Virus record (IMG/VR): IMGVR_UViG_3300049191_000043
Span: 1 to 44,915 of that record
Length of the DNA stretch: 44,915 bases
Strand: one strand, 5' to 3'
DNA from: a virus
Lineage: Duplodnaviria; Caudoviricetes
The translations under genes were made by a program, and so were the position numbers. Below are positions 17,971 to 26,922 of the stretch, one piece after another (the stretch's first letter is position 1; every line of letters begins with the position of its first letter). The notes below the pieces were generated by a model that was not told the DNA's origin, ran no database searches, and was given only the letters and a program-made list of their open reading frames with translations.

Positions 17971-20177
17971 TTGCGCGCCCCGTTGGATGGCTTGGCCTGC
18001 TTCGCCATCTTGGCCTTGTGCTCGGCCGCTTCCATGCCAAGCTCGTGCTTGCGTTCCAGCCCTTCAGCCTGCAATTCCGCCGTGCGCTGATCCAGCGTGG
18101 CCTTGTGCTCCAATGACTGCGCCTGGACAGCGGCCTTCTGCTGCGCCATCTCGGCATCAATCGCCATCTTTTGCTGGTGCGCCTGCATCTCAAGCGCCAT
18201 TTCCTGGCGCTTCATCTCCATCTCTTCACGCTTGAGCTGGAGCTTTTCCTTTTCAATCTGGAGACCGAGCTGCATCTTCTGGATTTCCATTTGATGCTTT
18301 TCTTGCGCCATCTTCATGTCGGCGGCCTGCTTTTGCTTCTCGGCCTCCATCTTCTGCTGCTCTGGAGAAGGCGGCGGCGGCTCGTTAGCCGTCTTCTGCG
18401 CCTGCTCGGTCGCAGCCTCGATCGCGTCTTCCGCCTGCCTACCAAGCTTGAACTGCCGGGCAAACGCGCCGTAAATCTCCATCACAACCGGCTTCATAGA
18501 AGCGTCAGCCATGATGATCGGCCCCATTGCCTGGCCGAACTGCGCCGTCCCCTGCAGGAACAGGTTCATCGTCTGCTGGTTGCGGCTCAAGTCATTGCGG
18601 ATGGTCGAATCGCTCTCGATGTCGATCCGGTAATTTCTCGAGATGTCGTCCTGAAGAAGCTGCATCACTTCTTCCTGGCTCGGCTGGCTCATGATCTCCT
18701 GCGCTTGGCCCGCCTGCTCCATGATCTGAGGGGGAACCTCCTGCCCCATCTGCTGGGCCTGCTGAACCTGCTGTACCATTAACTGTACAGCCTGCTTCTG
18801 CTGCTGGCTTGGCAGATCAATTCCGGTCATCTTCGCAAGCAAGGGCCAGCCGAACTTGGAGGCGATGATTTCCGCCTTGATCTCGAACAGCTCCTTGGCA
18901 AACCGCGCGACTTCGGACTGCCGACGCTGAATACGCAACGAACCCCACTGCGCCTTAAGCTGCTGGGCGCCAAGGGTCTCGCCCGGATCAGTCGCGCCGC
19001 GGAGGATGTCCGCAATACCCGTCACCTCGTAAATGGTCTGCTTGATGACCTCGCGCTGCTCGTACAGCGTTTGAATGGCCTTCGTGGTCGGATCAAGCGG
19101 ATACCAGGCAATGACCTTCTCTAGCCCGCCAGATTGCAGGAACGCCATGACATCCGTGGCCGGGACCAGCTCGCCGTCCTCGGCCTCTGCCGCCGCCTTG
19201 ATGTCAAGCGCGTTGCCGCCGTACAAGCCACGGGGCCTAAGCGTCTTGACCAGCTTGGTAATGCGCCGGGTGATGATGTTCAGCTCATCGACCAGCGATT
19301 CGTAGATGCGAAGCGGCGTAACCGGCACAAGGCTCGCGGTCTGCTCGATCGCCTGCAGCGGCTTGGGAACGGGAAAGAACTTCGTGAGTTGAAGCGGGTC
19401 TTCCTCAACCTTCAGCGGGGCTTCGTGGTAGTCCTGGCAGATGAACAGGACTTTCTTGCTGTCCTTGTCCCAGATTTCCCACACCATGCCGCGCTTGAAT
19501 ACGTCGGCCTTCGGGTCTTTCTGCTGCTTATCCGACGAACCATCGGAGGAATAGTTCAGCGGTATGTCTTCGATATTGATGGCCGAACCGTCGATAAGCT
19601 TGGTGATTTCGTCCTTTGAGAGATAGTGGCGAAAGGCAATCCATGGCACCTCACCCCAAAAACGACCCGGCCCACGGCGGAAGTCGCGCCATGGCACATG
19701 CTCACACGTCACCTCGGCGTAGGACAGCGATTCCTCTTCGCCCTCGCCAGCGAAATACGGGACATAGCGAACCCGCGACACACCGCGATCCGTGACTTCC
19801 GAATCCTTGATCGTGCAGTGCATTACACCGTCGAAATCATAGGTATCGACGGCAAAGCTTAACGAGCGCTCGATGATGTCAGATACGATCTTGCCAATCG
19901 GGTCCTTGTCGGCAAACCGGCGCCTTACATCCGGGATCGGCGTCGAGTTGTAGAGCGCGGGAACAAGAGTTTCGATGTTGGCGTGGAAGATGTTGAACTC
20001 ACGGTTTCGCGAGCCGTCCTTGGACTGGTAGACATGCTCTGCCTTCTCCGCGTCTTCCCGCCATTGCTTCTCATCGGAGCCGGAGCGCTCGATCTGGTCA
20101 AGCCACAGCTTGACGAAATCCTTCTGGTCCTGAACCTGCGACTTGCTTTCGTAGGTCGCGGTGTTCTGGTTATCCAT
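17967..20177 (-). CDS. Portal protein with long Gln-rich coiled-coil C-terminus
   Basis: 736 aa after terL; IYEVTGIADILRG...ETLGAQQLK motif. Confidence 0.88.
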   Translation of the reverse strand: MDNQNTATYESKSQVQDQKDFVKLWLDQIERSGSDEKQWREDAEKAEHVYQSKDGSRNREFNIFHANIETLVPALYNSTPIPDVRRRFADKDPIGKIVSDIIERSLSFAVDTYDFDGVMHCTIKDSEVTDRGVSRVRYVPYFAGEGEEESLSYAEVTCEHVPWRDFRRGPGRFWGEVPWIAFRHYLSKDEITKLIDGSAINIEDIPLNYSSDGSSDKQQKDPKADVFKRGMVWEIWDKDSKKVLFICQDYHEAPLKVEEDPLQLTKFFPVPKPLQAIEQTASLVPVTPLRIYESLVDELNIITRRITKLVKTLRPRGLYGGNALDIKAAAEAEDGELVPATDVMAFLQSGGLEKVIAWYPLDPTTKAIQTLYEQREVIKQTIYEVTGIADILRGATDPGETLGAQQLKAQWGSLRIQRRQSEVARFAKELFEIKAEIIASKFGWPLLAKMTGIDLPSQQQKQAVQLMVQQVQQAQQMGQEVPPQIMEQAGQAQEIMSQPSQEEVMQLLQDDISRNYRIDIESDSTIRNDLSRNQQTMNLFLQGTAQFGQAMGPIIMADASMKPVVMEIYGAFARQFKLGRQAEDAIEAATEQAQKTANEPPPPSPEQQKMEAEKQKQAADMKMAQEKHQMEIQKMQLGLQIEKEKLQLKREEMEMKRQEMALEMQAHQQKMAIDAEMAQQKAAVQAQSLEHKATLDQRTAELQAEGLERKHELGMEAAEHKAKMAKQAKPSNGARK

Positions 20178-20455
20178 CAGGCGGCCTTGGTTAGAATAAG
20201 AAGGAGGCCAAGGGGTGATCCGGCCTCACCACCCCCGCCTCCACTCGATCCGCCCGGTTCATATGCCGTTACCGCTGCGTCAACAAACACCACGAGAGGA
20301 GCGCCAGAGGCCACAATGGTTACAGGCCGCGCGCCTGTCGTGTTGGTCACAGCCACGCCTGTCGTTGTCGGGTTATTGAGTGGAGTACCGGAGCCTGGCG
20401 TCCCGTCCACAACGGGCGTTCCGCCACTGGCCACCACGGTTACGGGGTTAGCCAT
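20177..20455 (-). CDS. Small Gly/Thr/Val-rich putative virion protein
   Basis: Coupled to terL and portal; internal repeat PVT(V/I)VASG; ends in a Gly linker plus GSPLGLLLILTKAA. Confidence 0.65.
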   Translation of the reverse strand: MANPVTVVASGGTPVVDGTPGSGTPLNNPTTTGVAVTNTTGARPVTIVASGAPLVVFVDAAVTAYEPGGSSGGGGGEAGSPLGLLLILTKAA

Positions 20456-21926
20456 CCTGCCTTTTCTTTCGCATCTTGGCTTGCACCAGCTCCATTACGC
20501 TCATGTTGGCCACCACCCGGCCATCGGGCTTGACTTCGTAAATCAGTTGATCGGGTTTCTTCGGAACGGCCTTCATCGGCTGATAGGGTCGCGACATACA
20601 GGCATATCGCCATTCGTCCGCCGCGTGGTCCTCGCCGTCTGTGTCTAGGTCTTCCGGTTTGTCGGGGTCGTGCTGCAGCGCAGGGATTGTCCTGATGCTG
20701 TCAACGCACGTCGAGAACGTGTAGATCATCGGGCGGCCTTCTTCGCCCTTCATGCGTTGGCGCATCTGGTCCCAGCCACCCAAGGCGCCGAGTTGAGATA
20801 CGCGCTTGTTGTCGGCTCTGCGGAATGACGCGCCAACCTTGGCCATACGCTCGGCTATCGATGGGCCGCCATCAACAGCGAACGCAGCGGGGTCCAGAAC
20901 GCCGTAGGCAATGGTTTCGCCGGGCTGCTCCTTGGATAGGATGCCCTGCGCAACCTCTTCAGCGGTTAGTTTTAGCCCTTCGTTGGGGCCTTTGCGTCCG
21001 TACCATTCTCGATAGCGGACGATGGCACCTCTAGGAATAACTCCATGAACATCGGGGAGACTGTAATCGTCCCCTGCAACGGCCCACCAACCGACTGAAA
21101 ACGGCCTTGCACTTCCCCAGTCAGCGGAACGGAATCGCAGCCAGTCTTTGGGGATTTCAAATGGTCGAATGACATGCTTTGCCGTATCCCATACGTCGAA
21201 GAACGCGCCGTCGATAACAGACCAGTCACCCTCTAGCCACGCCTTGACCAGTTGCTCTGATCCTGACGCCTTGAGCTGCTGTACGTAGCTCTCGCCAAGG
21301 AACTTGTTATCCCCAACCCGGCTTGGGATATAAACTCGCTCCAGCCCGCTCAATGGGTCGCGGTAGACTTGGAATCCCATTGGAGCAATATCAATATATC
21401 TAGCGCGCACCCATTGATGACCGGGGCCGCCCGGATTGCCGGTAGCCCTAAATCCAACAGGCACTCCCGCTCCGCTTCGGAGAGTTGCCATGAGCTTGAG
21501 GATTGGCTTCTCGCTTGGGAAGTTGCCAATCTCTTCAACATATAGCCTGGTGTACGAGTGACCTTGATACGCCTCGGCATCGCTATCGCGCTCCAGATAG
21601 GCGAATCTCAATCGAGCCCCGTCAGGCGCCCGCCACATCTTGTCCTGCTCGTGGAACGTCCAGCCAAGCGGCGTGTAAATCGCCTTGGACCGTTCAATGG
21701 TCTCAACCAGTTCCGTCCGTTGCCGGCGGATCATCAGCCCAATGGCATCTTTCCCATAGGCATCGGCATGTTCCAGGAAGTCGCCTAGAACCCCGTCAGT
21801 CTTGCCCCCGCCTCGCGCGCCACCAAAGAACACCTCGAACACGGGGCATGATATCAGCGCTGTCTGTGGCCCTGGTTGGGCCTGCCATGCCGTTAGTGCG
21901 TCGTCGGCGCGTTCTGCTGCTGCCAT
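20448..21926 (-). CDS. terL: Terminase large subunit
   Basis: Walker A GGARGGGKT, Walker B LYVEE, ATGNPGGPGH, nuclease DWG and EDHAADEWRY motifs. Confidence 0.95.
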   Translation of the reverse strand: MAAAERADDALTAWQAQPGPQTALISCPVFEVFFGGARGGGKTDGVLGDFLEHADAYGKDAIGLMIRRQRTELVETIERSKAIYTPLGWTFHEQDKMWRAPDGARLRFAYLERDSDAEAYQGHSYTRLYVEEIGNFPSEKPILKLMATLRSGAGVPVGFRATGNPGGPGHQWVRARYIDIAPMGFQVYRDPLSGLERVYIPSRVGDNKFLGESYVQQLKASGSEQLVKAWLEGDWSVIDGAFFDVWDTAKHVIRPFEIPKDWLRFRSADWGSARPFSVGWWAVAGDDYSLPDVHGVIPRGAIVRYREWYGRKGPNEGLKLTAEEVAQGILSKEQPGETIAYGVLDPAAFAVDGGPSIAERMAKVGASFRRADNKRVSQLGALGGWDQMRQRMKGEEGRPMIYTFSTCVDSIRTIPALQHDPDKPEDLDTDGEDHAADEWRYACMSRPYQPMKAVPKKPDQLIYEVKPDGRVVANMSVMELVQAKMRKKRQDG

Positions 21927-22156
21927 TCGGTTGCGTTAGCGGCCTTTTCTGGTAGCCGCGCTACATAGCGCCGCGTAACCTCGACCTCGGTATGCTGTAC
22001 GGCCTTGCCCCAGCCGCGATCTAAGAGCGCTTGAGCGGCAGAAACCCGCGCAGCTTCTGGCGCATCGGTCTTATTCATGATGCCGGCCAAGGTCTTAATG
22101 GCGCCCTCTGTGTGAGACCTTGCCAAAGATTTAATATCGGTAGGAGTTTTAGCCAT
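21893..22156 (-). CDS. terS: Terminase small subunit
   Basis: LAR.HT..AI.TL...ARVSAA..LLDRGWGK; overlaps the terL start. Confidence 0.8.
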   Translation of the reverse strand: MAKTPTDIKSLARSHTEGAIKTLAGIMNKTDAPEAARVSAAQALLDRGWGKAVQHTEVEVTRRYVARLPEKAANATEWQQQNAPTTH

Positions 22157-22204
22157 TTAGCTTAAGTCAGTTCTGGTCCGAAATTGAGCTTTTGATACAC
22201 GGTC

Positions 22205-22492
22205 TCATGACCTGACGAATTTGCGCCATTCAAAGCCGGTGCCTGCATATGGCCATTCTGGATGGCCGAGGCTGTAGAGCCCAATAGTGTTGACTGGAGT
22301 GTTGACTGCGCTAGCCATGCCCGCGGTGCCGATTGTGTAGTATAACCCGCCATAGCCCGTTGGCTGATCTTCGGTTTTTGACTCTTGTCCATCGACTGGC
22401 GCGCTGGTGCCTTTGATTGCCTCGTCCTTTTCAGCCTTAAGTTCCTTCATGCGCGCCGCAATGGCTTGCGTGTCATCCGCTAGGTAGCTCAT
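22205..22492 (-). CDS. Hypothetical protein
   Basis: ATGA-coupled ORF in the late operon. Confidence 0.55.
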   Translation of the reverse strand: MSYLADDTQAIAARMKELKAEKDEAIKGTSAPVDGQESKTEDQPTGYGGLYYTIGTAGMASAVNTPVNTIGLYSLGHPEWPYAGTGFEWRKFVRS

Positions 22493-22881
22493 GCCGGCCC
22501 CCCGTTCGAGAACTGGCCGATTTCCCTCAAGAGCTCGTCCGCCTCTGTCTCGATCTGCTTGGCTATCCGATCGCCCGTGTCTGCCGCGTCGTTCAGCTTG
22601 GCGAGGGCGTTGTCCGTGTTCTGCGTGACCTGGGCAACCTTGGCCTTGGCCGCGTTGATGCGGTCCTTGATCGTCCCAGCGAGATTGGCAGCCCCTGTAA
22701 TGCTCATCGGATTCTCTTGCGGTAATGGCGGCGGCTGAGTGGCATTGTTGATCTGTTCCATTGCCGCGGCGAGAAGATGCCTTGCCCTTAGCTCTGCCTG
22801 GCCCATGTGATATTTCTCGTCGATCTCGTAACGGGCCCGGTTTATCTCGTCTTCGAAACGATAGAGGAATTCACGGTCCAC
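22489..22881 (-). CDS. Hypothetical coiled-coil protein
   Basis: 130 aa and helical; possible internal start at MSITGA. Confidence 0.6.
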   Translation of the reverse strand: MDREFLYRFEDEINRARYEIDEKYHMGQAELRARHLLAAAMEQINNATQPPPLPQENPMSITGAANLAGTIKDRINAAKAKVAQVTQNTDNALAKLNDAADTGDRIAKQIETEADELLREIGQFSNGGPA

Positions 22882-22884
22882 ATC

Positions 22885-23046
22885 TCAGGCCGGGTCTTTT
22901 TCAGGAGCAGCGAACATTCCGTCGATACCTTGCCCCCTGTATGGTATCTTGGCTATCTCTTCCATGTGCTTTTCGAGTTCGCGATGAGCGTGCTCTATTG
23001 CTCGCTTGGCTTGGTAGTCGCGTAGCTTATAGATTACAGCAGACAT
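22885..23046 (-). CDS. Small hypothetical protein (53 aa, MSAVIYKLRD...EKDPA)
   Basis: Translated by hand; below the ORF-track cutoff; has a GAGAG RBS-like upstream sequence. Confidence 0.55.
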   Translation of the reverse strand: MSAVIYKLRDYQAKRAIEHAHRELEKHMEEIAKIPYRGQGIDGMFAAPEKDPA

Positions 23047-23098
23047 TCAGTTCTCTCTCTGACGCCGCACCACTCACCCAAGTCTAGATCTCAGGCCT

Positions 23099-23319
23099 AA
23101 TAGCAAGGTGCCGCTATTTGTTCGTCGACCACTGCAGCTCGTTGAAATTACTTCGAAATCGGTATACCGAGATCGAAAACAAGCGAGTTGGTCGACCATA
23201 GTTTCGGGACGGCACTCGCCAAATGACGCTCGGCGCACGTAGTCGGCGCTCAGCAGGGGAGGTGGAGCGTCGTGCAAGGCTGAGGCCGTCCCGAACTTGG
23301 AAATGAAAAGCCCGCCAAG
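23099..23319. ncRNA. Highly structured non-coding segment (two long nested hairpins)
   Basis: GTCGACCA 23124 pairs with TGGTCGAC 23189 around palindrome TCGGTATACCGA (23159-23170). TTCGGGACGGC 23203 pairs with GCCGTCCCGAA 23285 around GACGCTC/GAGCGTC. Confidence 0.55.
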
Positions 23320-23327
23320 GATTTCGG

Positions 23328-23999
23328 CTAGACCAGCCGCCCCAACTGCCGAGCCCAAATAATCGGGTCCTTAGTGCCCTTCGAAAGATTGCAAGGAGCG
23401 CAAAGGATCTGAAGGTTAGAGATGTCGTTCCCGCCTCCAGCGCAGAGGGGGACAATGTGGTCAACGTGCTTTTTCTTGAACGCTACAGCGCATTTGCAAG
23501 CGGCGCACCTGCCGTGCTGCCTCTCGTATAATTCCCTGATCTCTTTTGCTGTATGCTTCCCGGCAGAACCACTCTTTTGAGCCCTGCGATTCCGATCGTA
23601 GGCCCGGAAACGGTCCCGGTTGCTTTTCTTGTACTCAGAATGAGTTCTTTTGACCTCATCTAAGTTGGCTAACCGCCACCTCTTAAAGGTCTCTGGGTTC
23701 TTTTTCTTGAGTCGGTGCTTATATTTAGCGTACCGCCCCCGCGCCTTAGCCTTCTCCTCTTCAGGATCAAGAGAGGCAAGATATCTCTTTTTGCGGGCCC
23801 GCTCCCGATCAGGGTTTCGAGCGCGGTCATCGGCCTTGTTGAGGCGCGCGCACTCAATGCACAGCCCGTTGGAAACAAGGCGCTCGCATTGATGTCCGCG
23901 AAAACAAGAAATTCCCGTGAAGAAGCGATTCACCCCTGCGCTTCTGGCCTCTTCACGGGATACGATTTGGATCGTGGGCTCGCTGGTGGCTTTAGTCAT
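23328..23999 (-). CDS. HNH endonuclease with N-terminal Cys/His zinc domain
   Basis: FFTGISC.RGH...CIEC at the N-terminus; CAAC...HVDHIVPL..GG.N..SNLQILC..CN at the C-terminus. Confidence 0.9.
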   Translation of the reverse strand: MTKATSEPTIQIVSREEARSAGVNRFFTGISCFRGHQCERLVSNGLCIECARLNKADDRARNPDRERARKKRYLASLDPEEEKAKARGRYAKYKHRLKKKNPETFKRWRLANLDEVKRTHSEYKKSNRDRFRAYDRNRRAQKSGSAGKHTAKEIRELYERQHGRCAACKCAVAFKKKHVDHIVPLCAGGGNDISNLQILCAPCNLSKGTKDPIIWARQLGRLV

Positions 24000-24033
24000 A
24001 GTCAGCGATCATAACGCCAGGGCTTCTGCCACG

Positions 24034-24075
24034 AAGATAAACGCGAGTGCATGCATGGCCCGCGCTACGATTATA
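24034..24075 (-). promoter_or_regulatory. Candidate late promoter (-10 TATAAT) followed by a terminator-like hairpin
   Basis: TATAAT at 24075-24070, then GCGCGGG...CTCGCGT-TTATCTT; located downstream of the Q-like gene. Confidence 0.45.
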
Positions 24076-24127
24076 GCTAAAAGCACGAAACTGCCCCCGG
24101 TGCAATATTTATTTACCGTTTCGCACA

Positions 24128-24418
24128 TTATTCACGGGATTGTGAGTCGATCAGCGGCGCGCGAACTCCCTGATTTGAAAAAGTCCCGCGCGTCGGGCTG
24201 AACTCGTCAAGGACGGTTTCAACCAGATGCCGGATATGGTTTGCCTTACCCACGCCGCAGTCCATGAATGCCTTGACCACGTTGTACCCGTAGGCGTGGA
24301 TCAATTCTCGCACGGGCGCTGGAAGGTGGTCGATCTTTTCCATTCGCGCCGCACGCTTGCGGTCAACAAACTGCTGGTGCTCCAGCGCTTCCATTCGATC
24401 AAACGATTCTCTCATCAT
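24128..24418 (-). CDS. Hypothetical protein (DUF6525-like)
   Basis: RMEKIDHLPAPVRELIHAY pattern; coupled to the upstream gene. Confidence 0.6.
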   Translation of the reverse strand: MMRESFDRMEALEHQQFVDRKRAARMEKIDHLPAPVRELIHAYGYNVVKAFMDCGVGKANHIRHLVETVLDEFSPTRGTFSNQGVRAPLIDSQSRE

Positions 24419-25008
24419 CGCCTCTCAGCCATCGAAAAGCCGTACACTAATGCGAGACAATCCAAACATTCCCGAAAGCGCATCCCGAAGTATTCTTCCC
24501 AGCGCTTGCCAGACAGCCCGCGAGACTCCGCAACCTGCCGCCGAGTCTTTGAGTGCACCAAAACGTCATGGACGAGCGCTGAGCCGTTTTGACCGAGCTG
24601 CCGGTACACAACAGCCAGTTGACGCGCCGCGCGACGCTGGGCCTCCGTAATCGGTTCTGGAGCCATTCCACCATCAACGGCTTCCTTCGATGGATCGATC
24701 GCGCGAGGTCCACGCTCAGCCGTCTCGAAATCCGATTGGAATTCCCTCCCCGCCTGGTACTGCGCTTCATCGATCATGTTGCGGTCGTGAAGGTCCGCCA
24801 AAGGATCGTCACGGGTTGAGCGAAGCACCACGATCTTGTCACCCGAGATCGGATCTTCCGTTTCCATCGCCGCAACTCTCGCGTTCCTGAGCAAGTCACG
24901 CGATTTGCGGTCCCGCTTCTTGGCTTCCTCGGCTTCCCTCACCCGCTGCTGGTATTCTGCCAGATCGGTATTTGCGGGGTTATAGGGTGTTCTCTTCGTG
25001 CGTGCCAA
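24415..25008 (-). CDS. Late transcription regulator / antiterminator Q-like (DUF6456-like)
   Basis: Likely TTG start at 25008; DDPL..L.....IDEAQYQAG..F..D motif and C-terminal HTH; located between the replication and late genes. Confidence 0.65.
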   Translation of the reverse strand: MARTKRTPYNPANTDLAEYQQRVREAEEAKKRDRKSRDLLRNARVAAMETEDPISGDKIVVLRSTRDDPLADLHDRNMIDEAQYQAGREFQSDFETAERGPRAIDPSKEAVDGGMAPEPITEAQRRAARQLAVVYRQLGQNGSALVHDVLVHSKTRRQVAESRGLSGKRWEEYFGMRFRECLDCLALVYGFSMAERR

Positions 25009-25567
25009 TTTCTGCCCCTTCGTGATGCTTGGGTTTGAACGCAAGTCCGTACTGTCGATAGTGCGCCGCAAGTTCTTCTTTGGTTGGTGCGGGCGCCGCC
25101 TTCCGCTTTGGTTCGTCAAGAGAACCGAGACCCCAATTTTCGCCGTACTTGGCTTTGAGCTGTTCGCGCGTGGGGCGATTTTCGCGAGCCGGGTCTTTCT
25201 TCCGGTCTTCCAACATCGCCCTGATATTCGCCCGCCGAACCTCCTCTTCTCGAATCGGTCGCTCCTCTTCCTCGCAGGCGTCGTAAACCTCCTTAATGCT
25301 CGGCAGCCAGGTTTTCTTGCGTGGCAGTCCGATCCTGGGATCGGTTACGATATCCATGATCTTTTCGGGATACCGCGCGAGCGTAGCCGCAATTGCTGCC
25401 ACGTAGGTATCAGGGTCGTTGGCGTCACCCGTGCGATAGCAGCCGAGCAGGATTCGCGCCCTCTCCGCTGCGTACTCCGTCCTCTTCGCCTGCTCTTCCG
25501 CCAAAGCTGGCAATTTTTCGACGGAGATCGTCAGCTGCTTGAATGATTTTGCTTCCCGATGGTCCAT
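24980..25567 (-). CDS. Replication helicase loader / P-like protein
   Basis: LLGCY...DP.TY...LARYP...WLPSI.E...AC motif; overlaps the 3' end of the initiator gene. Confidence 0.65.
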   Translation of the reverse strand: MDHREAKSFKQLTISVEKLPALAEEQAKRTEYAAERARILLGCYRTGDANDPDTYVAAIAATLARYPEKIMDIVTDPRIGLPRKKTWLPSIKEVYDACEEEERPIREEEVRRANIRAMLEDRKKDPARENRPTREQLKAKYGENWGLGSLDEPKRKAAPAPTKEELAAHYRQYGLAFKPKHHEGAEIGTHEENTL

Positions 25568-26324
25568 TGCTTGTCACCGTGAGTTTGTCCGCTGGTTTAA
25601 CTTCGACCACAGGAAGCGGGGCAGCTTGCCGCGCGATCTCTTCCGCAATCGCATTTTCGAAGTATTCGATGCGGGAAGCTGGAGGCCCTCGCTTTCGAGC
25701 GGCAACTCCCGTCACCGTCGCAACGATGATCCCCGTGTCCCAGCCTTGGTTCAGCCAAGCCTGGACCCGCATCGGCGCCCCACACCAACCGGGCGGCCAG
25801 AAGTCGGCTTTGTGGCCGGCGATGACCAAGAGCTTTTCGGCAAGCTGCATCGCTTCCGGCGTAACAAGCGCCCCGCGCGGAGCAGCATCATCATCAGTAA
25901 CTTCAGTGTTTTTAGTGTTTTCTAGTTTGTCGCGTTCTTGTCGCGTTCTCGTCTCATCTGGTGTCGCGTTTTCTTGAATTGGCGGAAGGCTTACTTTCTG
26001 ATAACGGTCATAGTTACAAACGGTTATGACCGTTGCATCGTGTCGCGCTTGTGTCGCGATCATTGTCGCGGTTTCCAGACGCTTCAAAAATCGTGCGACT
26101 TTATCCTTCTTCCACTGCCAAGCCTCTGCCATGAAGCGAAGCGAGCAAGCGAGCTGTCCGCGTTCCAAATCAAACACGGTTGCCCCGATCCGCTTCTTCC
26201 TTGCCTTGAACGCAGCTTCACAAATGAGCCATTGCCAAGCTTCCCGCTCGGTTAATGGCTCATCGGCGAACTCCGGGTGGTCCCAGATTCCGCGATCGAC
26301 AGCAAATACCCCTCGTTCGCTCAA
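25425..26324 (-). CDS. Replication initiator (lambda O-like)
   Basis: N-terminal wHTH (EAWQWL...RGQL..SLR.MA..W.W...V.RFL), ITVCNYDRYQ motif and internal iterons. Confidence 0.85.
   Translation of the reverse strand: MSERGVFAVDRGIWDHPEFADEPLTEREAWQWLICEAAFKARKKRIGATVFDLERGQLACSLRFMAEAWQWKKDKVARFLKRLETATMIATQARHDATVITVCNYDRYQKVSLPPIQENATPDETRTRQERDKLENTKNTEVTDDDAAPRGALVTPEAMQLAEKLLVIAGHKADFWPPGWCGAPMRVQAWLNQGWDTGIIVATVTGVAARKRGPPASRIEYFENAIAEEIARQAAPLPVVEVKPADKLTVTSNGPSGSKIIQAADDLRRKIASFGGRAGEEDGVRSGEGANPARLLSHG
25900..26070. repeat. Iterons / replication origin inside the initiator gene
   Basis: Six TGTCGCG copies at 25928, 25939, 25962, 26041, 26052 and 26064, next to a T-rich tract (25900-25927). 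Confidence 0.8.
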
Positions 26325-26713
26325 GCCGCCTCCGTTGCGCCGTCCTTTGCTTCAGGGGACGCAGACGCAACAGAACCAAACACTTCGTATTCCCAGCCGC
26401 CGCCGTGCTTCTTGGCGCGCTGCTTGGCTGCCATAAACCGGAACGGATACATCTCGGCGGCTACCTTGATCTTGACCCTGGCATCGTCCTGCCAGAAGCC
26501 CTTGCACTCGTGGCATTCCATCGTCCCGTCATCGCGCATGACCGCGAAGTCCGGGGTGTAGAATGTCTTGTCGGCTAACCGCAGTTTTAGCCCTTCAAAG
26601 CGATACCATTGTATCCTGCCAGCAACTTTCAGGGTTTCGAGCAGGGACGCATAGGCCGCTTCGGTTTTGTTCATCTGACCGACAGGAAGCCGGCCGAGCG
26701 CGAATGCTTTCAT
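26321..26713 (-). CDS. DUF1064-like PD-(D/E)xK endonuclease (resolvase candidate)
   Basis: MNKTE..YA, YTPDF and ECKG motifs. Confidence 0.8.
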   Translation of the reverse strand: MKAFALGRLPVGQMNKTEAAYASLLETLKVAGRIQWYRFEGLKLRLADKTFYTPDFAVMRDDGTMECHECKGFWQDDARVKIKVAAEMYPFRFMAAKQRAKKHGGGWEYEVFGSVASASPEAKDGATEAA

Positions 26714-26922
26714 CCCTTCGGCCTCAACACGATCTCAAGCCCCAGCGCGTCGGCCACGTCGCAAACGAACTGCATTTTCGTAAACTTGGGGCTTTGCTTC
26801 CCTAACTCTGTTCTCAGGATCTTGGATTCGTGGTGGCCACACATCGTCGCCAATTCAACCCGGCCAATCCGCCGATTTACGCGCGTCTTGAATAGTTCCC
26901 GGATGATCTCTTCGTTCGTCAT
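26710..26922 (-). CDS. XRE-type HTH protein
   Basis: R.N.RIGRVELA...ELGK..P...VADALGL pattern. Confidence 0.65.
   Translation of the reverse strand: MTNEEIIRELFKTRVNRRIGRVELATMCGHHESKILRTELGKQSPKFTKMQFVCDVADALGLEIVLRPKG

Noticed and set aside
1450-21955. Many long plus-strand ORFs over the structural module (e.g. 1450..2388, 9451..10431, 15123..16163)
   Set aside because: They are antisense shadows of well-supported minus-strand genes in GC-rich DNA, with no motifs or RBS.
23047-23999. Group I intron, retron msr-msd or IscB/HEARO interpretation of the HNH plus structured region
   Set aside because: I could not identify an interrupted host gene or P7 core, there is no reverse transcriptase in the genome, and the HNH protein has no RuvC/PLMP motifs. 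It is kept only as an unclassified structured element.
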